From positions 1,489,268 to 1,553,267 of the forward strand of contig CAWJSX010000001.1 of assembly GCA_963845675.1 (NCBI GenBank): DNA of 64,000 bases, written 5' to 3'. Below the pieces are notes generated by a model that was given only the letters and a program-made list of their open reading frames with translations, was not told the DNA's origin and searched no databases. The DNA is from an uncultured Actinomycetota bacterium (GTDB lineage: Bacteria > Actinomycetota > Actinomycetes > Actinomycetales > CAWJMD01). Positions 9,298-18,029 of the stretch are shown here, in pieces (position 1 is the first letter of the stretch; every line of letters starts with the position of its first letter). A program made the translations under genes and the position numbers.

Positions 9298-10278
9298 TCA
9301 CTCCGACGGGGGCGTCCAGGTGGCGCTGCGCGTCATGCCCGCCGCACGGCCCTTGCCCGCCACGACGAGCGCCATCTTGCGCGAGGCCTCGTCGATCATC
9401 TCGTCGCCCAGCATCGCGGCGCCGCGCTTGCCGCCCGCCTCGGACGTGTACCAGTCGTAGGCGTCGAGGATGTTCTCCGCCTGGTCGTAGTCCTCCTGGC
9501 GTGGGCTGAACACCTCGTTCGCGGCGTCGAGCTGGCCGGGGTGCAGCACCCACTTGCCGTCCAGGCCGAGGGCGGCGGAGCGACCGGCCACACGGCGGAA
9601 CCCGTCCACGTCCCGGATCTGCAGGTACGGCCCGTCGATCGCCTGCTTGTCGTTGGCGCGCGCCGCCATGAGGATCGACATCAGGATGTGGTGGTAGGCG
9701 TCGCCGACGTCGTAGCCGGGGGGCTGCTCCCCCACCACGAGGCTCTTCATGTTGATCGACGCCATGAAGTCGGCCGGGCCGAAGATGATCGTCTCGACGC
9801 GCGGGCTCGCCTTCGCGATCGCGTCGACCTCGATCAGGCCCCGGGCGTTCTCGATCTGGGCCTCGATGCCGATGCGGCCCACCTCGAGCCCGGTCGACTT
9901 CTCGATCTGGGTGAGCAGCAGGTCGAGCGCCACGACCTGGTCCGCCGTCTGCACCTTCGGCAGCATGATGCAGTCGAGGTCGGCTCCGGCACCCTCGACG
10001 ACCTCGACGACGTCGGCGTACGTCCACTGGGTCGTCCAGTCGTTCACGCGAACCGTCCGCACCTTGTCGCCCCACCCGCCCTCGGTGAGGGCGGCGACGA
10101 TGTTGCGGCGGGCCTCCGGCTTGGCCAGCGGCGCCACGGCGTCCTCGATGTCGAGGAAGACCTGGTCGGCGGCCAGACCCCTTGCCTTGTCGAGCATCTT
10201 GGTGCTGGAGCCCGGCACCGCCAGGTTGGACCGGCGCGGGCGCAGGGTGCGGGGCGTGGACGGGGTCGCGTCGCTCAT
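9298..10278 (-). CDS. citE: HpcH/HpaI-CitE family acyl-CoA lyase (citrate lyase beta-like)
   Basis: RRSNLAVPGSS...FLDIEDAV...VRVN..., GIEAQIEN and GFRRVAGRSAALGLDGKWVLHPGQ match the CitE-like pattern. I chose the ATG at 10278 (MSDATPS). Confidence 0.8.
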   Translation of the reverse strand: MSDATPSTPRTLRPRRSNLAVPGSSTKMLDKARGLAADQVFLDIEDAVAPLAKPEARRNIVAALTEGGWGDKVRTVRVNDWTTQWTYADVVEVVEGAGADLDCIMLPKVQTADQVVALDLLLTQIEKSTGLEVGRIGIEAQIENARGLIEVDAIAKASPRVETIIFGPADFMASINMKSLVVGEQPPGYDVGDAYHHILMSILMAARANDKQAIDGPYLQIRDVDGFRRVAGRSAALGLDGKWVLHPGQLDAANEVFSPRQEDYDQAENILDAYDWYTSEAGGKRGAAMLGDEMIDEASRKMALVVAGKGRAAGMTRSATWTPPSE

Positions 10279-10312
10279 GGGCCCAGAACCTACTGAGCGC
10301 ACGACGCGCGCG

Positions 10313-11308
10313 TCACCGGTCGCGGGGCGTGACGTTGCTCTCGGCGGTCCGCTCGCCCGTCGTGCCTGAGGACGCCGACGCGAGCCGGGCACGCGTACGC
10401 GCCCCGCCCAGCACCACGACGGCGAGACCCGCCATCACGAGCAGCGCACCCGGGACGACGGCCGCCGGCGGCGCCTGCCCCAGCCAGACCCACGCCACCA
10501 GCGCGGCGCCGGGCACCTCCAGGAGCGTGGCCAGCGACACGGTGGTGGGGCCGGCGGTGCGCAGCGTGCGGTTGAGGACCGAGTGGCCGAGCAGCTGCGC
10601 CGAAGCCGTCAGCACGGCCAGCTCGACCCAGGTCCGGGTCTCGTAGCCCACCAGCTCGGTCCCGGTGGCGAGGCACGCGACCGCGAGCAGGCCGGCGCAC
10701 ACGGGGTACGCCACCGCGGTGTAGGTCCCGGTCGACACGTGCTCGCGCGCCTTCTCGCCGGCGAGCACGTAGCCGGCCCCCGCCATCCCGCCGACGAGCG
10801 CCATCGCGTCACCGAGGAGGGCGCGGCTCGAGCTGCTCGCGTCGACACCCGTGATCACGACGACACCGACCACAGCCAGCCCCACGCCGGCGACGACGGC
10901 GCGCGGCACCGTCCGCCCGCGCAGCCGGAACCACGCCACCGTCCAGATCGGCGTCGTGCACACCAGCGCCGTCGCGGCGGCCACGGACGTGAGGCGCAGG
11001 CTCGGCATCCACAAGGCGAAGTGGAGGGCGAGCCAGGCGCCCGCGATCACGCTGTGCCGCAGCGCCTTCCGTCCGGCAGCTCCCACGATCTCGGCTCTCG
11101 GACGCGGCCGCGCCAGGACCCACGGCACGCCGACCGCGGTTGCCATCGCCGTGCGCCAGAAGGCGACCGCCAGCCCGGCCGCCGCGGTCGCCGCGCCGAT
11201 CGGGGCCGCGAGGGACACCCCGAGCACACCGACCCCTAGCAGGAAGGCCGTCAGGAGCGGCCCGTCGTCGCCGGGGCCGGTCGGGCCGTCCGTCTCCGCG
11301 GTGGTCAC
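10313..11308 (-). CDS. EamA/DMT-family transporter
   Basis: About ten hydrophobic helices in two EamA-like halves. Start guessed at GTG 11308; the ORF maximum is 11461. Confidence 0.65.
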   Translation of the reverse strand: MTTAETDGPTGPGDDGPLLTAFLLGVGVLGVSLAAPIGAATAAAGLAVAFWRTAMATAVGVPWVLARPRPRAEIVGAAGRKALRHSVIAGAWLALHFALWMPSLRLTSVAAATALVCTTPIWTVAWFRLRGRTVPRAVVAGVGLAVVGVVVITGVDASSSSRALLGDAMALVGGMAGAGYVLAGEKAREHVSTGTYTAVAYPVCAGLLAVACLATGTELVGYETRTWVELAVLTASAQLLGHSVLNRTLRTAGPTTVSLATLLEVPGAALVAWVWLGQAPPAAVVPGALLVMAGLAVVVLGGARTRARLASASSGTTGERTAESNVTPRDR

Positions 11309-11348
11309 TCCCGCACCCTGCCACGGGCAGTCGTGGGAAGGTGGCCCG

Positions 11349-11918
11349 GTGTCGACCGAGACCACGCCCGAGCCGACCCCGGATCCGCCGCCCACGCCGG
11401 CATCGGGCCCTGACGACGCTGCACCCACGACGGATGCGGTGGTCGCTGCCGCGGCGACCAAGGCCGGTCTCGTCTGGGTCAGTGCGGCCGGCCAGCCGGC
11501 TCAGTCGCTCTGGCACGTCTGGCACGACGACGCCGTGACGGTCGTCGTGGGCGGGCGCGAGCAGCCGGACCCGGTCGGCGGGGCGTCGGTGGTCGAGCTC
11601 ACCGTCCCGAGCAAGGACACCCGGGCACGGCTGGTGCGCGTGGAGGCCACCGTCGACCACGTCGCCCCGGACGACGGACGGTGGGGTGCGACCGCCGCCG
11701 CCCTCAGCGCCGCCCGCCTCAACGCGGTCGACGCCCCGGGTCAGCTCGCGGCCTGGGCCGAGGGCTCACGCATCCTGCGGCTCGTGCCCCGACCGGGCGG
11801 CGCACTGGTCGGCGCCGAGGAGGGCGCCGGGTCGGGTGAGGTGCGGGTCGACGTGGAGACCGTCACGCCCCGGGGATGGATACCTCTCCGCTCGAGACTG
11901 CGACGACGTCGCCGCTGA
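11349..11918 (+). CDS. Hypothetical protein
   Basis: Coding-looking part of ORF 10851..11918 (AGLVWVSAAGQPAQSLWHVWHDDAVTVVVGG...). The 3' end overlaps the convergent PhzF-like gene by 56 nt. Start and end are uncertain. Confidence 0.4.
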   Translation: MSTETTPEPTPDPPPTPASGPDDAAPTTDAVVAAAATKAGLVWVSAAGQPAQSLWHVWHDDAVTVVVGGREQPDPVGGASVVELTVPSKDTRARLVRVEATVDHVAPDDGRWGATAAALSAARLNAVDAPGQLAAWAEGSRILRLVPRPGGALVGAEEGAGSGEVRVDVETVTPRGWIPLRSRLRRRRR

Positions 11919-12783
11919 CGCGGGTCACGACCGCCCGGCCGTCGGCCGCCTCGACCTCCACGAGCAGCACGGAGGGACGGCCCAGCTCGGTGCCCTGCGA
12001 CACGGTGAACGTCGACGTCCCGGTGCCCAGCATCAGGCCGACCGCGACAGCGTGCACGGCCAGCCCGAGAGCCGCCGAGCCGGTCGCCGGGTCCTCCGCG
12101 ACCCCGATGTCGGCGGCGAAGAGGCGGGCCCTCACGGGCTTCTCCGGTGCTGCACGGCCGTCGCCGTCCGGCCAGCCCACGACGTACAGGCCGTGCACCT
12201 CGAACTCCGACAGCGAGGCCGGGGCGGCGCGGGGCACCGCGTCCGGTCGCACGTGGAGGTAGGCGAACTCGTTGCCCGTGCCGGCGAGGCCGCACGGCCG
12301 GCCGACGAGGTCGTCCGGCGTGAGTCCCACGGCGGCGGCGAGCGCCTCGGCGTCGAGCCCGCCGCCGTCCGGCGCGCCCAGCGTCGGCGCTCCGCCGGTC
12401 AGCGTCACCGGTCCCCCGTCCGGCGAGACCGTGAGCGGCAGGTCACCTGCACCGCACGCCTGCACGACCGTCCCCGGCTCCACCCACCCGCGGCGGGCCA
12501 GGGTCCACGCCGTCCCCACGCTCGGGTGCCCCGCGAACGGCAGCTCTGTCGTCGGCGTGAAGATCCGGAGCCGGTAGTCGACGCCGCGTGCGGTCTCGTC
12601 GGCGTCCGGCCGCATCGGGAACGCCGTCTCCGACAGGTGGAACTCGCGCGCCAGCGACTGCAGCTGCGGGGTCGTCAGGTCCTCGGTGCCGAACACGACA
12701 GCCAACGGGTTGCCCGTGAACGCCGTGTCGGTGAACACGTCCACGACCTCGAACTCCAGCCGTCCCCGGCCCAAAGCACCCAT
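11863..12783 (-). CDS. PhzF-family isomerase-like protein
   Basis: FEVVDVFTDTAFTGNPLAVV...SLAREFHLSETAF..., FAGHPSVGTAW and EDPATGSAA are typical of the PhzF family. I chose the ATG at 12783. Confidence 0.85.
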   Translation of the reverse strand: MGALGRGRLEFEVVDVFTDTAFTGNPLAVVFGTEDLTTPQLQSLAREFHLSETAFPMRPDADETARGVDYRLRIFTPTTELPFAGHPSVGTAWTLARRGWVEPGTVVQACGAGDLPLTVSPDGGPVTLTGGAPTLGAPDGGGLDAEALAAAVGLTPDDLVGRPCGLAGTGNEFAYLHVRPDAVPRAAPASLSEFEVHGLYVVGWPDGDGRAAPEKPVRARLFAADIGVAEDPATGSAALGLAVHAVAVGLMLGTGTSTFTVSQGTELGRPSVLLVEVEAADGRAVVTRVSGDVVAVSSGEVSIPGA

Positions 12784-12811
12784 CCCTCCACGGTAGCGAC
12801 CCCCACCCCGT

Positions 12812-12874
12812 CGCAGATCGTCCCCTTTCCGCGACGAGACGGGCCCGTGGATCGCGGAAAGGGGACGATCTGCG
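12812..12874. repeat. Perfect 23-bp inverted repeat (CGCAGATCGTCCCCTTTCCGCGA / TCGCGGAAAGGGGACGATCTGCG) with a 17-nt spacer
   Basis: Read directly: left arm 12812-12834, right arm 12852-12874. The spacer contains the 10-bp palindrome ACGGGCCCGT. It lies in the divergent intergenic region between the PhzF-like and MgtE-like genes. The arms match the 23-mer cores of the 34.6-kb tandem repeat. Confidence 0.9.
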
Positions 12875-12950
12875 GACCGGGGGGCGGCGGAGGCGGGTTG
12901 CGGGGCGACGTCCCGGGCGGTGACGGGTGCGGCCACTAGCCTGGGCTCTC

Positions 12951-14279
12951 GTGAGCAGCTCCCCGAACAGGGTCTTCGTGGCACGGCTGGTCGGGCTGGC
13001 CGTCTTCGACCCGCTGGGCGACCAGGTCGGCAAGGTGCGCGACGTCGTGACCGTCTTCCGGGGCGAGCGCCGTCCCCGCGCCGTCGGGCTGGTGGTGGAG
13101 GTCGCGGCTCGCAAGCGGGTCTTCGTCCCCATGACGCGGGTGACGTCGATGGACGTGGGACAGGTGATCACCACCGGCCTGGTGAACCTGCGGCGGTTCG
13201 AGAAGCGCGCCGCCGAGACGCTGATCATCGCCGAGGTGCTCGAGCGCGAGGTGAAGCTCCGGGACGGCTCCGGGTCGGCCGTCGTCGAGGACGTCGCCAT
13301 CGAGCAGCTGCGCAACCGCGACTGGGAGCTCGCCAAGGTCTTCGTCCGGCGCGGCACCGGCCACCGCGGCCTGTCCGGACGGCTGCGGCGCCGCCGTGGC
13401 GAGACCCTGCTGCTCGAGGTCGACCAGGTGGAGGGTCTCGCGGAGCACGCCACGGCCCAGTCGGCGAGCCTGCTGCTGGCGTCGTTCTCGGAGATGAAGG
13501 CCGCCGACATCGCCGACCTGCTGCACGACCTCTCCGGCAAGCGTCGCCGCGAGCTCGCCGCCGAGCTCGACGACGAGCGGCTCGCCGACGTGCTGGAGGA
13601 GCTTCCCGAGGACGACCAGGTCGAGATCCTCTCGACGCTCGACCAGGGCCGGGCGGCGGACGTGCTCGAGGCGATGCAGCCCGACGACGCGGCCGACCTG
13701 CTCAACGAGTTCTCCGAGGCCGAGCAGGAGCGGCTGCTGGGCGCGATGGAGCCCGACGACGCCGAGGACGTGCGCCGCCTGCTGGCCTACGACGAGGACA
13801 CCGCCGGCGGGCTGATGACGTCCGAGCCGGTCGTGCTCGGACCCGAGGCCACGGTCGCGGAGGCGCTCGCCCTCGTCCGCCGGGTCGAGCTGTCGCCGTC
13901 CCTGGCCGCAGCGGTCTACGTCTGCCGGCCGCCCACCGAGACACCCACCGGGACCTTCCTCGGGGTGGTCCACATCCAGCGGATGCTGCGTGAGGCGCCC
14001 CACGTGTCCATCGGCACGATCGTCGACAAGGACATCGAGTCGGTCGGGCCCGAGGCCCCGCTCGGGCTGCTGACCCGCCGTCTCGCGACCTACAACCTCG
14101 TGTCGATCCCCGTGACCGACGAGGACGACCGGCTGATCGGTGCGGTGACCGTCGACGACGTCCTCGACCACCTGCTGCCGGAGGACTGGCGCGAGCAGGA
14201 CGAGGACGCGGTCGACGCCGACCAGCACATCAGCGCGGACACGCAGACCGTGATCGGCGAGGAGCCGGGTCGTGGCTGA
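12951..14279 (+). CDS. MgtE-N/CBS-domain protein (magnesium-transporter-like cytosolic module, no TM domain)
   Basis: PRC-barrel-like N-terminus, MgtE_N repeats (DIADLLHDL, LEELPEDDQVEIL, DAADLLNEFSEAEQERLLGAMEPDDAEDVRRLL) and a CBS pair (GGLMTSEPVVL...). GTG 12951 is the likely start. This is the conserved partner of the downstream DUF1003 gene. Confidence 0.8.
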   Translation: MSSSPNRVFVARLVGLAVFDPLGDQVGKVRDVVTVFRGERRPRAVGLVVEVAARKRVFVPMTRVTSMDVGQVITTGLVNLRRFEKRAAETLIIAEVLEREVKLRDGSGSAVVEDVAIEQLRNRDWELAKVFVRRGTGHRGLSGRLRRRRGETLLLEVDQVEGLAEHATAQSASLLLASFSEMKAADIADLLHDLSGKRRRELAAELDDERLADVLEELPEDDQVEILSTLDQGRAADVLEAMQPDDAADLLNEFSEAEQERLLGAMEPDDAEDVRRLLAYDEDTAGGLMTSEPVVLGPEATVAEALALVRRVELSPSLAAAVYVCRPPTETPTGTFLGVVHIQRMLREAPHVSIGTIVDKDIESVGPEAPLGLLTRRLATYNLVSIPVTDEDDRLIGAVTVDDVLDHLLPEDWREQDEDAVDADQHISADTQTVIGEEPGRG

Positions 14280-14844
14280 CCGCCGGCCGATCCCGCGCGG
14301 CAGACGGCGCAGTCCCGGCCTCGACACGCCCCGCGAGCGGCGTCGACGGATGGTCCCTCGGACCGGCGTCGACCCGGAGGCGTTCGGCCGCGCGTCGGAG
14401 GCGTTCGCCCGGTTCATGGGGACGCCTCGGTTCCTCGTCTACATGACGGCGTTCGTCGTGGCGTGGCTGGCGTGGAACACGGTCGGGCCGGCCGACCTGC
14501 AGTTCGACCCGCGCGAGCTCAACTACACGCTGCTCACGCTGATCCTGTCGCTGCAGGCCTCGTACGCCGCCCCCCTGATCCTGCTGGCCCAGAACCGTCA
14601 GGACGACCGCGACCGGGTGTCCCTCGAACAGGACCGGCAGCGCGCGGAGCGCAACCTGGCAGACACCGAGTACCTGGCACGTGAGGTCGCTGCGCTGAGG
14701 GTGGCGATGCGTGACGTCGCGACACGCGACTTCCTCCGGTCCGAGCTGCGCGACCTCCTGTCCGACCTCGAGCGCGTCCAGCAGGAGGCGTCGGCCGCGT
14801 CGGACGGTCCAGGCCCGGCCGACCCGGGCACCCGGACGGGCTAG
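14272..14844 (+). CDS. DUF1003-family membrane protein
   Basis: FMGTPRFLVYMTAFVVAWLAWN...LTLILSLQASYAAPLILLAQNRQDDRDR is typical of DUF1003. The start overlaps the upstream stop. Confidence 0.8.
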   Translation: MADRRPIPRGRRRSPGLDTPRERRRRMVPRTGVDPEAFGRASEAFARFMGTPRFLVYMTAFVVAWLAWNTVGPADLQFDPRELNYTLLTLILSLQASYAAPLILLAQNRQDDRDRVSLEQDRQRAERNLADTEYLAREVAALRVAMRDVATRDFLRSELRDLLSDLERVQQEASAASDGPGPADPGTRTG

Positions 14845-14895
14845 CCCGCTCGTGCCGCTCCTTCACCGGGCGGCACCCCGTGCCGATAGACGCCC

Positions 14896-16830
14896 ATGAC
14901 GTACGAGCGTGCGATGCCGGGCGCCGTCTTCAGGGCTGCCCTGGCGCGGGAGACGGTCAACCGCCAGCGACTCGGGGACGTGCTGGTCGACGCCGGGGTG
15001 ATCACGGCCGCCGACCTCGCGGAGACCCTCGCGCGGCAGGGCAACGGCGACCGCAGCCGGCAGCGACTGGGGGTGATGCTGGTCGAGCTCGGCTTCGCGG
15101 ACGAGCAGGAGATCGCCGAGGCGCTCGGCTCGCAGCTCGGCCTGCCCCTGCTCGACCTGTCGCAGCGGCTCCCCTCCCCCGAGGTGGTCCGGCTGCTGCC
15201 ACGCGTCGTCGCCGACCGGGCGCAGGCGCTGGTCGTGGACCGCACCGAGCACGGCCTGGCGATCGCGATGGCCGACCCGACGAACGTGCTCGCACTGGAC
15301 GACGTCAAGCTGCACACGCGCGCCACGTCACTGACGGTGATCGTCGCGACCCCGACCCAGATCTCCGACCAGCTCGCCCGGGCGTGGTCGCTCAACGAGG
15401 ACGCCAACGGCGTCGCCGCGATCGTGGAGACGATGGGCGGAGAGGCCACGGACCCCGTCGAGCTCGACGAGGGCAGCGCCGTCGACGCGCCGACCGTCCA
15501 CCTGGTCAACCGGATCCTCTCGGACGCCGTGCGCGCCCGCGCGTCCGACGTGCACGTCGAGACCCAGAGCGACGCCCTCCGCGTCCGCTTCCGGGTCGAC
15601 GGCATCCTGCGCGAGGCGATGACCACGCCCCGCCGGGTGGCGCCTGCCGTGATCAGCCGACTCAAGATCGTGTCGGGTCTCGACATCGCCGAGCGTCGCG
15701 TGCCGCAGGACGGTCGGGCCCGGATCACCGTGGACGGGTCGCAGGTCGACTGCCGCGTCTCCACGGTGCCCGGCGTGCACGGGGAGAAGGTCGTGATCCG
15801 CCTGCTGACGCGTGGGGCCCAGGTGTCGCGCCTCGACGCGCTGGGGCTGACCCGGCCCCAGCTCGAGCTGTTCCGCTCCGTGCTGACCGCGCCGCAGGGT
15901 CTCGTCCTGATCACCGGCCCCACCGGCTCGGGCAAGACGAACACCCTGTACTCGGCGATCGCAGAGATCGTGTCGCCCGAGAAGAACGTCGTCACCCTCG
16001 AGGACCCGGTGGAGGTGCAGCTGCCCGGCATCACGCAGGTCCAGGTGCACGAACGGGCCGGCATGACGTTCGAGAAGGGGCTGCGCGCCGTGCTGCGCCA
16101 GGACCCCGACATCGTGCTGGTCGGCGAGGTCCGTGACACCCAGACGGCCGAGCTCGCCCTCAAGGCGGCGCTCACCGGCCACATGGTGCTCACCACCCTG
16201 CACACCAACTCCGCGGCCGCCGCGCTGACGCGGCTCGTCGACATGGGGGTCGAGCCCTTCCTCGTCGCGTCGTCCCTGTCGCTCTCGGTCGCGCAGCGCC
16301 TGGTCCGCACGCCGTGCTCCGCCTGCGCGGTGCCCTACGTGCCCGAGGAGGACGTGCTGACGCTGCTGGGCCTGACACGCGCCGACCTCGCCGACGCGAC
16401 CCCGCGCAAGGGCACCGGGTGCCCGCTGTGCGCCCGCAGCGGCTACGTCGGCCGGACCGGCGTCTACGAGGTCGTCGAGGTCGACGCCGCGATGCGCCGG
16501 GTGCTCGTCAAGGACCCCAGCGAGTCGGCGGTCGGCGCCCAGGTGCGCGCGAACCGCACGGCGACCCTGCGCACGTCCGCGCTGGAGAAGGCCCGCCGCG
16601 GCGAGACCACGTTCGAGGAGGTGGTGCGGGTCACGCACACCGACTACAGCGCGGCGCGGCACTGCCCGTCGTGCGAGCGCAGCGTCGAGCACGACATGGT
16701 CGCCTGCCCGTGGTGCGCCACGGCCCTGGACGGCGACCAGTGCTCGGCCTGTCGTCGGCACCGCGAGCCCGACTGGACGGTGTGCCCGTGGTGCAGGGCA
16801 CCGGTCAAGGGCGCCACCGCCCGGCAGTGA
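14896..16830 (+). CDS. GspE/PilB-family secretion ATPase with N-terminal T2SSE_N (MshEN-like) domain and an extra C-terminal double zinc ribbon
   Basis: Intact 644-aa ORF. Walker A ITGPTGSGKTNTLYS, GITQVQV, VLVGEVRD and HMVLTTLHTN are present, along with the canonical tetra-Cys (CSAC...CPLC). A further 63-aa tail carries CPSC..CPWC and CSAC..CPWC. Confidence 0.85.
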   Translation: MTYERAMPGAVFRAALARETVNRQRLGDVLVDAGVITAADLAETLARQGNGDRSRQRLGVMLVELGFADEQEIAEALGSQLGLPLLDLSQRLPSPEVVRLLPRVVADRAQALVVDRTEHGLAIAMADPTNVLALDDVKLHTRATSLTVIVATPTQISDQLARAWSLNEDANGVAAIVETMGGEATDPVELDEGSAVDAPTVHLVNRILSDAVRARASDVHVETQSDALRVRFRVDGILREAMTTPRRVAPAVISRLKIVSGLDIAERRVPQDGRARITVDGSQVDCRVSTVPGVHGEKVVIRLLTRGAQVSRLDALGLTRPQLELFRSVLTAPQGLVLITGPTGSGKTNTLYSAIAEIVSPEKNVVTLEDPVEVQLPGITQVQVHERAGMTFEKGLRAVLRQDPDIVLVGEVRDTQTAELALKAALTGHMVLTTLHTNSAAAALTRLVDMGVEPFLVASSLSLSVAQRLVRTPCSACAVPYVPEEDVLTLLGLTRADLADATPRKGTGCPLCARSGYVGRTGVYEVVEVDAAMRRVLVKDPSESAVGAQVRANRTATLRTSALEKARRGETTFEEVVRVTHTDYSAARHCPSCERSVEHDMVACPWCATALDGDQCSACRRHREPDWTVCPWCRAPVKGATARQ

Positions 16831-16872
16831 CCCCTGTCGGCGGTCGCACGTCGACCGACGTACCCTGACGGC

Positions 16873-18006
16873 ATGCCAGCCCCCACCGTCGAGGCCGTCC
16901 GGGTCGCCCTGTCCGGCGTCCAGGACCCCGAGATCCGCCGTCCCATCACCGAGCTCGACATGGTCAAGTCGGTCGAGGTCGACGACGCCGGCGGGGTCGA
17001 CGTCGCGATCTTCCTGACCGTGGCCGGTTGCCCGATGAAGGACCGTCTCCGCAGCGACATCACGTCCGCGGTCACCGCCCTCGGCGACGTCAGCGAGGTG
17101 CGCGTCGAGCTGGACGTGATGGACGCCGAGCAGCGCGAGGCCCTGAAGACCAAGCTGCGCGGCGGTCAGGTCGAGCGTGAGGTGCCGTTCGCCAAGCCCG
17201 GGTCGCTCACCCGCGTGTACGCGGTCGCGTCCGGCAAGGGCGGCGTCGGCAAGTCCACCGTCACCGTGAACCTCGCCGCCGCGATGGCGGCGGACGGCCT
17301 GCGCGTCGGCGTGCTCGATGCGGACGTCTACGGCTTCTCGGTGCCCCGGATGCTGGGGGTCCACCAGGCTCCCACGCGCGTCGACGACATGATCCTGCCG
17401 CCGGTCTCCCACGACGTGAAGGTCATCTCGATCGGGATGTTCGTCCCCGGCAACCAGCCCGTCGTGTGGCGCGGACCGATGTTGCACCGCGCCCTGCAGC
17501 AGTTCCTCACGGACGTCTTCTGGGGCGACCTCGACGTGCTGCTGCTCGACCTGCCGCCGGGCACCGGGGACATCGCGATCAGTGTCGCGCAGCTCCTTCC
17601 GTCCGCCGAGATCCTCGTCGTCACCACGCCGCAGCAGGCGGCGGCCGAGGTGGCGGAGCGGGCCGGCGCGATCGCGCTGCAGACGCACCAGCAGATCGTC
17701 GGCGTGATCGAGAACATGTCGTGGCTGGAGATGCCCGACGGATCGCGCAACGAGCTGTTCGGCTCCGGCGGTGGCCAGCGCGTCGCCGAGTCGCTGACGC
17801 GGTCGGTCGGCTCGCAGGTGCCGCTGCTCGGCCAGGTGCCGATCGACGTGCTCACGCGTGAGGGCGGGGACGGCGGGACGCCGGTCGTGCTCTCCGAGCC
17901 CGACTCGGCAGGTGCCGTGGCCCTGCGCGGAGTCGCTCGCCAGCTGGGGAGCCGGGCTCGTGGCCTGGCCGGGCGGTCGCTCGGGCTCACCCCCGCAGGC
18001 CGCTAG
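16873..18006 (+). CDS. mrp: Mrp/ApbC Fe-S cluster carrier ATPase (DUF59 plus MinD-like domain)
   Basis: DPEIRRPITELDMV, Walker A ASGKGGVGKST, DLPPGTGD and CPMKD motifs. Confidence 0.9.
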   Translation: MPAPTVEAVRVALSGVQDPEIRRPITELDMVKSVEVDDAGGVDVAIFLTVAGCPMKDRLRSDITSAVTALGDVSEVRVELDVMDAEQREALKTKLRGGQVEREVPFAKPGSLTRVYAVASGKGGVGKSTVTVNLAAAMAADGLRVGVLDADVYGFSVPRMLGVHQAPTRVDDMILPPVSHDVKVISIGMFVPGNQPVVWRGPMLHRALQQFLTDVFWGDLDVLLLDLPPGTGDIAISVAQLLPSAEILVVTTPQQAAAEVAERAGAIALQTHQQIVGVIENMSWLEMPDGSRNELFGSGGGQRVAESLTRSVGSQVPLLGQVPIDVLTREGGDGGTPVVLSEPDSAGAVALRGVARQLGSRARGLAGRSLGLTPAGR

Positions 18007-18029
18007 GGCACGGGGTCCGCGAGGACCGG

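Noticed and set aside
8915-9460. ORFs 8915..9460 and 8925..9119 with Gly/Val/Asp repeats
   Set aside because: They are antisense images of the Pro/Thr-rich linker of the L,D-transpeptidase gene. They have no independent coding evidence.
14896-16830. A type IV pilus or type II secretion locus
   Set aside because: Only the ATPase is present. No pilin, platform, secretin, prepilin peptidase or alignment-complex genes occur in the 64 kb. I report it as an orphan ATPase, not as a system.
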